Assembly (NCBI GenBank): GCA_013239625.1
Contig: MU054220.1
Location: 4,093,374 to 4,157,373, forward strand
DNA from: Lama guanicoe
Lineage: Eukaryota
Direction of reading: 5' to 3'
DNA length: 64,000 nt
This document shows, piece after piece, positions 62,447-64,000 of the stretch. The position numbers were made by a program, and so were the translations under genes. Positions within the stretch are counted from its first letter, which is position 1. Each line of letters opens with the position of its first letter. The notes under the pieces were generated by a model. That model saw only the letters and a list, made by a program, of their open reading frames with translations. It had not been told where the DNA came from and ran no database searches.

Positions 62447-62831
62447 TGTTAATGGACTGAATTGTGTCCCCACATAATTCGCAGGTTGAAATTCTAACCT
62501 CCAGTATCTCAGAATGTGGCAATATATGGAGGGAGGGCCTTTAAAGGGTTGATTAAGGTAAAATAAAGCCATGTGGGTGGGTCCTAATCCAACAGCTGGT
62601 GTCCTTAGAAGAAGAGGCAGTTAGGACACAGACATGCACAGAAAGAAGACCACGTTAAGACACAGAGAGAAGATGGTCATCTACAAAAGGAGAGAGGTCA
62701 CAGAAGAACCCAATGCTCCCGACACCTTGATCTTAGACTTCCAGCCTCCAGAATTTTGAGAAAATTAATTTCTGCTGTTTAGGTCACCCAGTCTGTGGTC
62801 CTTTTTACAGCAGCCCAAGCAAACTTACACA
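62447..62831 (+). mobile_element. MaLR solo LTR, MLT1B-like, with perfect TSD GCCCC
   Basis: tgttaatggactgaattgtgtcccc...ctcagaatgtg...gacttccagcctccagaa...gcaaacttacaca; GCCCC at 62442-62446 and 62832-62836. Confidence 0.93.
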
Positions 62832-63224
62832 GCCCCTGTTTAGTCTCCCAACCCTCTGCAAGCAGTGGGCCATTCCCGGGGGAGCTGGTCCCCAGCACAT
62901 TTCCAGGGTGCCCCTCCCTGCGAGGAGCGCTGAGGAGACAAGCTCATTTGCCTAATCAAGGCATGCTTCTGAAATTAAATGTATGGCATAAAGTGGTGGC
63001 CATCAGGGGAAAATGCCCAAGATTTAATAAGTGAAAAAATATTATGCAAAAGGGTGCACTGTAAAGCCCACACTATGTTAAAAGTCACCAATGTATTATA
63101 TGTACATACAAATATATTAATAAATTATAATGAACATCCATTCAGCCTTCTCTTGGTAACCATATCCTGATTTTTCTCTGGAAACACTCCTCCCCAGTCT
63201 CCAAGCAGGTACCTTTTGAATCTT

Positions 63225-63445
63225 AGCATAGCTTACACACAGTAAAGTGTAAACATCTTAAGTGTCAATTCAATGCACTTTTACACATATATACACCTGC
63301 ATAATCTCCCCCCACCAAGCCCGATCAAGATACAGAGTATTTCCAACCCTCCTGGAAGACATCCTGTGCTCTCTCTTAGTCAATCCCACCCCCTCAATTC
63401 TAGAGGTAACCACTCTTGTGACTTTCATCACATGGATTTGCTTTT
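63225..63445 (-). mobile_element. L1M (ME/MD-like) 3' end
   Basis: acagtaaagtgtaaacatcttaagtgt...gatcaagatacagagtatttcca...gaggtaaccactctt. Confidence 0.75.
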
Positions 63446-63499
63446 TACCAGGCCATGTGCTCCAGGGGAGTCGATTCCATGCCCCGCCCAGCCCCACCC

Positions 63500-63790
63500 A
63501 GCCCCGCCCCCAGCATGACTCAGGCCTAGCCAATCAGAGCTTCACATCCCCCTAACCACAGTGATTGGTTCAGGGGTTGGCACAAGGAGGAGCAGGGCTG
63601 AAACTGAAAAGCCAGCAGCGGCAGGTACTCCTTTTCATTGTGGTACAGGCAGAATCGTGAGCACTTGGTACCATAGGAAACCCCCCATGGGACCTGGAAA
63701 AAGTCAACAAGGCAGATGATAATGCTGAGAAATAGAGAGAAACTGGGGACACTGAGCCCCACATCAGGCTGCAGCTATGTGAGCCAATAA
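63500..63790 (+). mobile_element. MLT1K-like LTR fragment
   Basis: catgactcaggcctagccaatcagagc...ccacagtgattggttcaggg. Confidence 0.6.
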
Positions 63791-63834
63791 TCAAAACAGC
63801 TTATGGCTTTCTTTGCTCTTAGAACAAACACCCA

Positions 63835-64000
63835 AAAATCTTACCATGGTCTTCACAAAACCCCAGATGCCTCTGCTGCTTCACCATGAACCAGTCCCTC
63901 TGGCCACACTGAGCTCCTCCCTCCTGCCACAGGGCCTTTGCATAGATGTTTCTTCTTCCTTGACTCTTTCTTCCCATATTCACTTACTTAACAGATCCTA
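63835..64000 (+). mobile_element. L2 fragment (runs off the window)
   Basis: tggccacactgagctcctc...cagggcctttgcata. Confidence 0.65.

Noticed and set aside
1..64000. CRISPR array, operon or prokaryote-type defence system
   Set aside because: The sequence is mammalian repeat-rich DNA with no regularly spaced repeats or gene-dense ORF arrangement.

Overview
This 64 kb window is non-coding mammalian DNA (gene desert or large intron), most likely from a camelid, judged from a tRNA-Ala-derived vic-1-type SINE and artiodactyl-type L1 3' ends. I found no host protein-coding exon. The only recognisable peptides in the ORF track are broken LINE-1 ORF2 fragments at about 22.8-23.6 kb. Much of the window is decayed transposable elements: MIR, L2, old L1M/HAL1, MaLR MLT1 solo LTRs and hAT MITEs (MER20, MER58A, MER53, MER5, MER3, MER63, MER94, MER113). 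Several retain target-site duplications (TSDs) or are nested. The clearest non-routine object is a 263-bp polyadenylated retroposed insert of unknown origin (30592-30854) between perfect 17-bp TSDs. Repeat-free islands at about 13.3, 19.7, 40.9, 45.7, 46.7, 49.7, 52.5, 53.9 and 55.7 kb are rich in HOX/PBX, T-box, MEF2, SOX and paired-homeodomain motifs, which suggests a developmental enhancer landscape (inference). Repeat family names come from recalled consensus sequences and boundaries are approximate unless a TSD is quoted. I see no evidence for a new multi-gene biological system.
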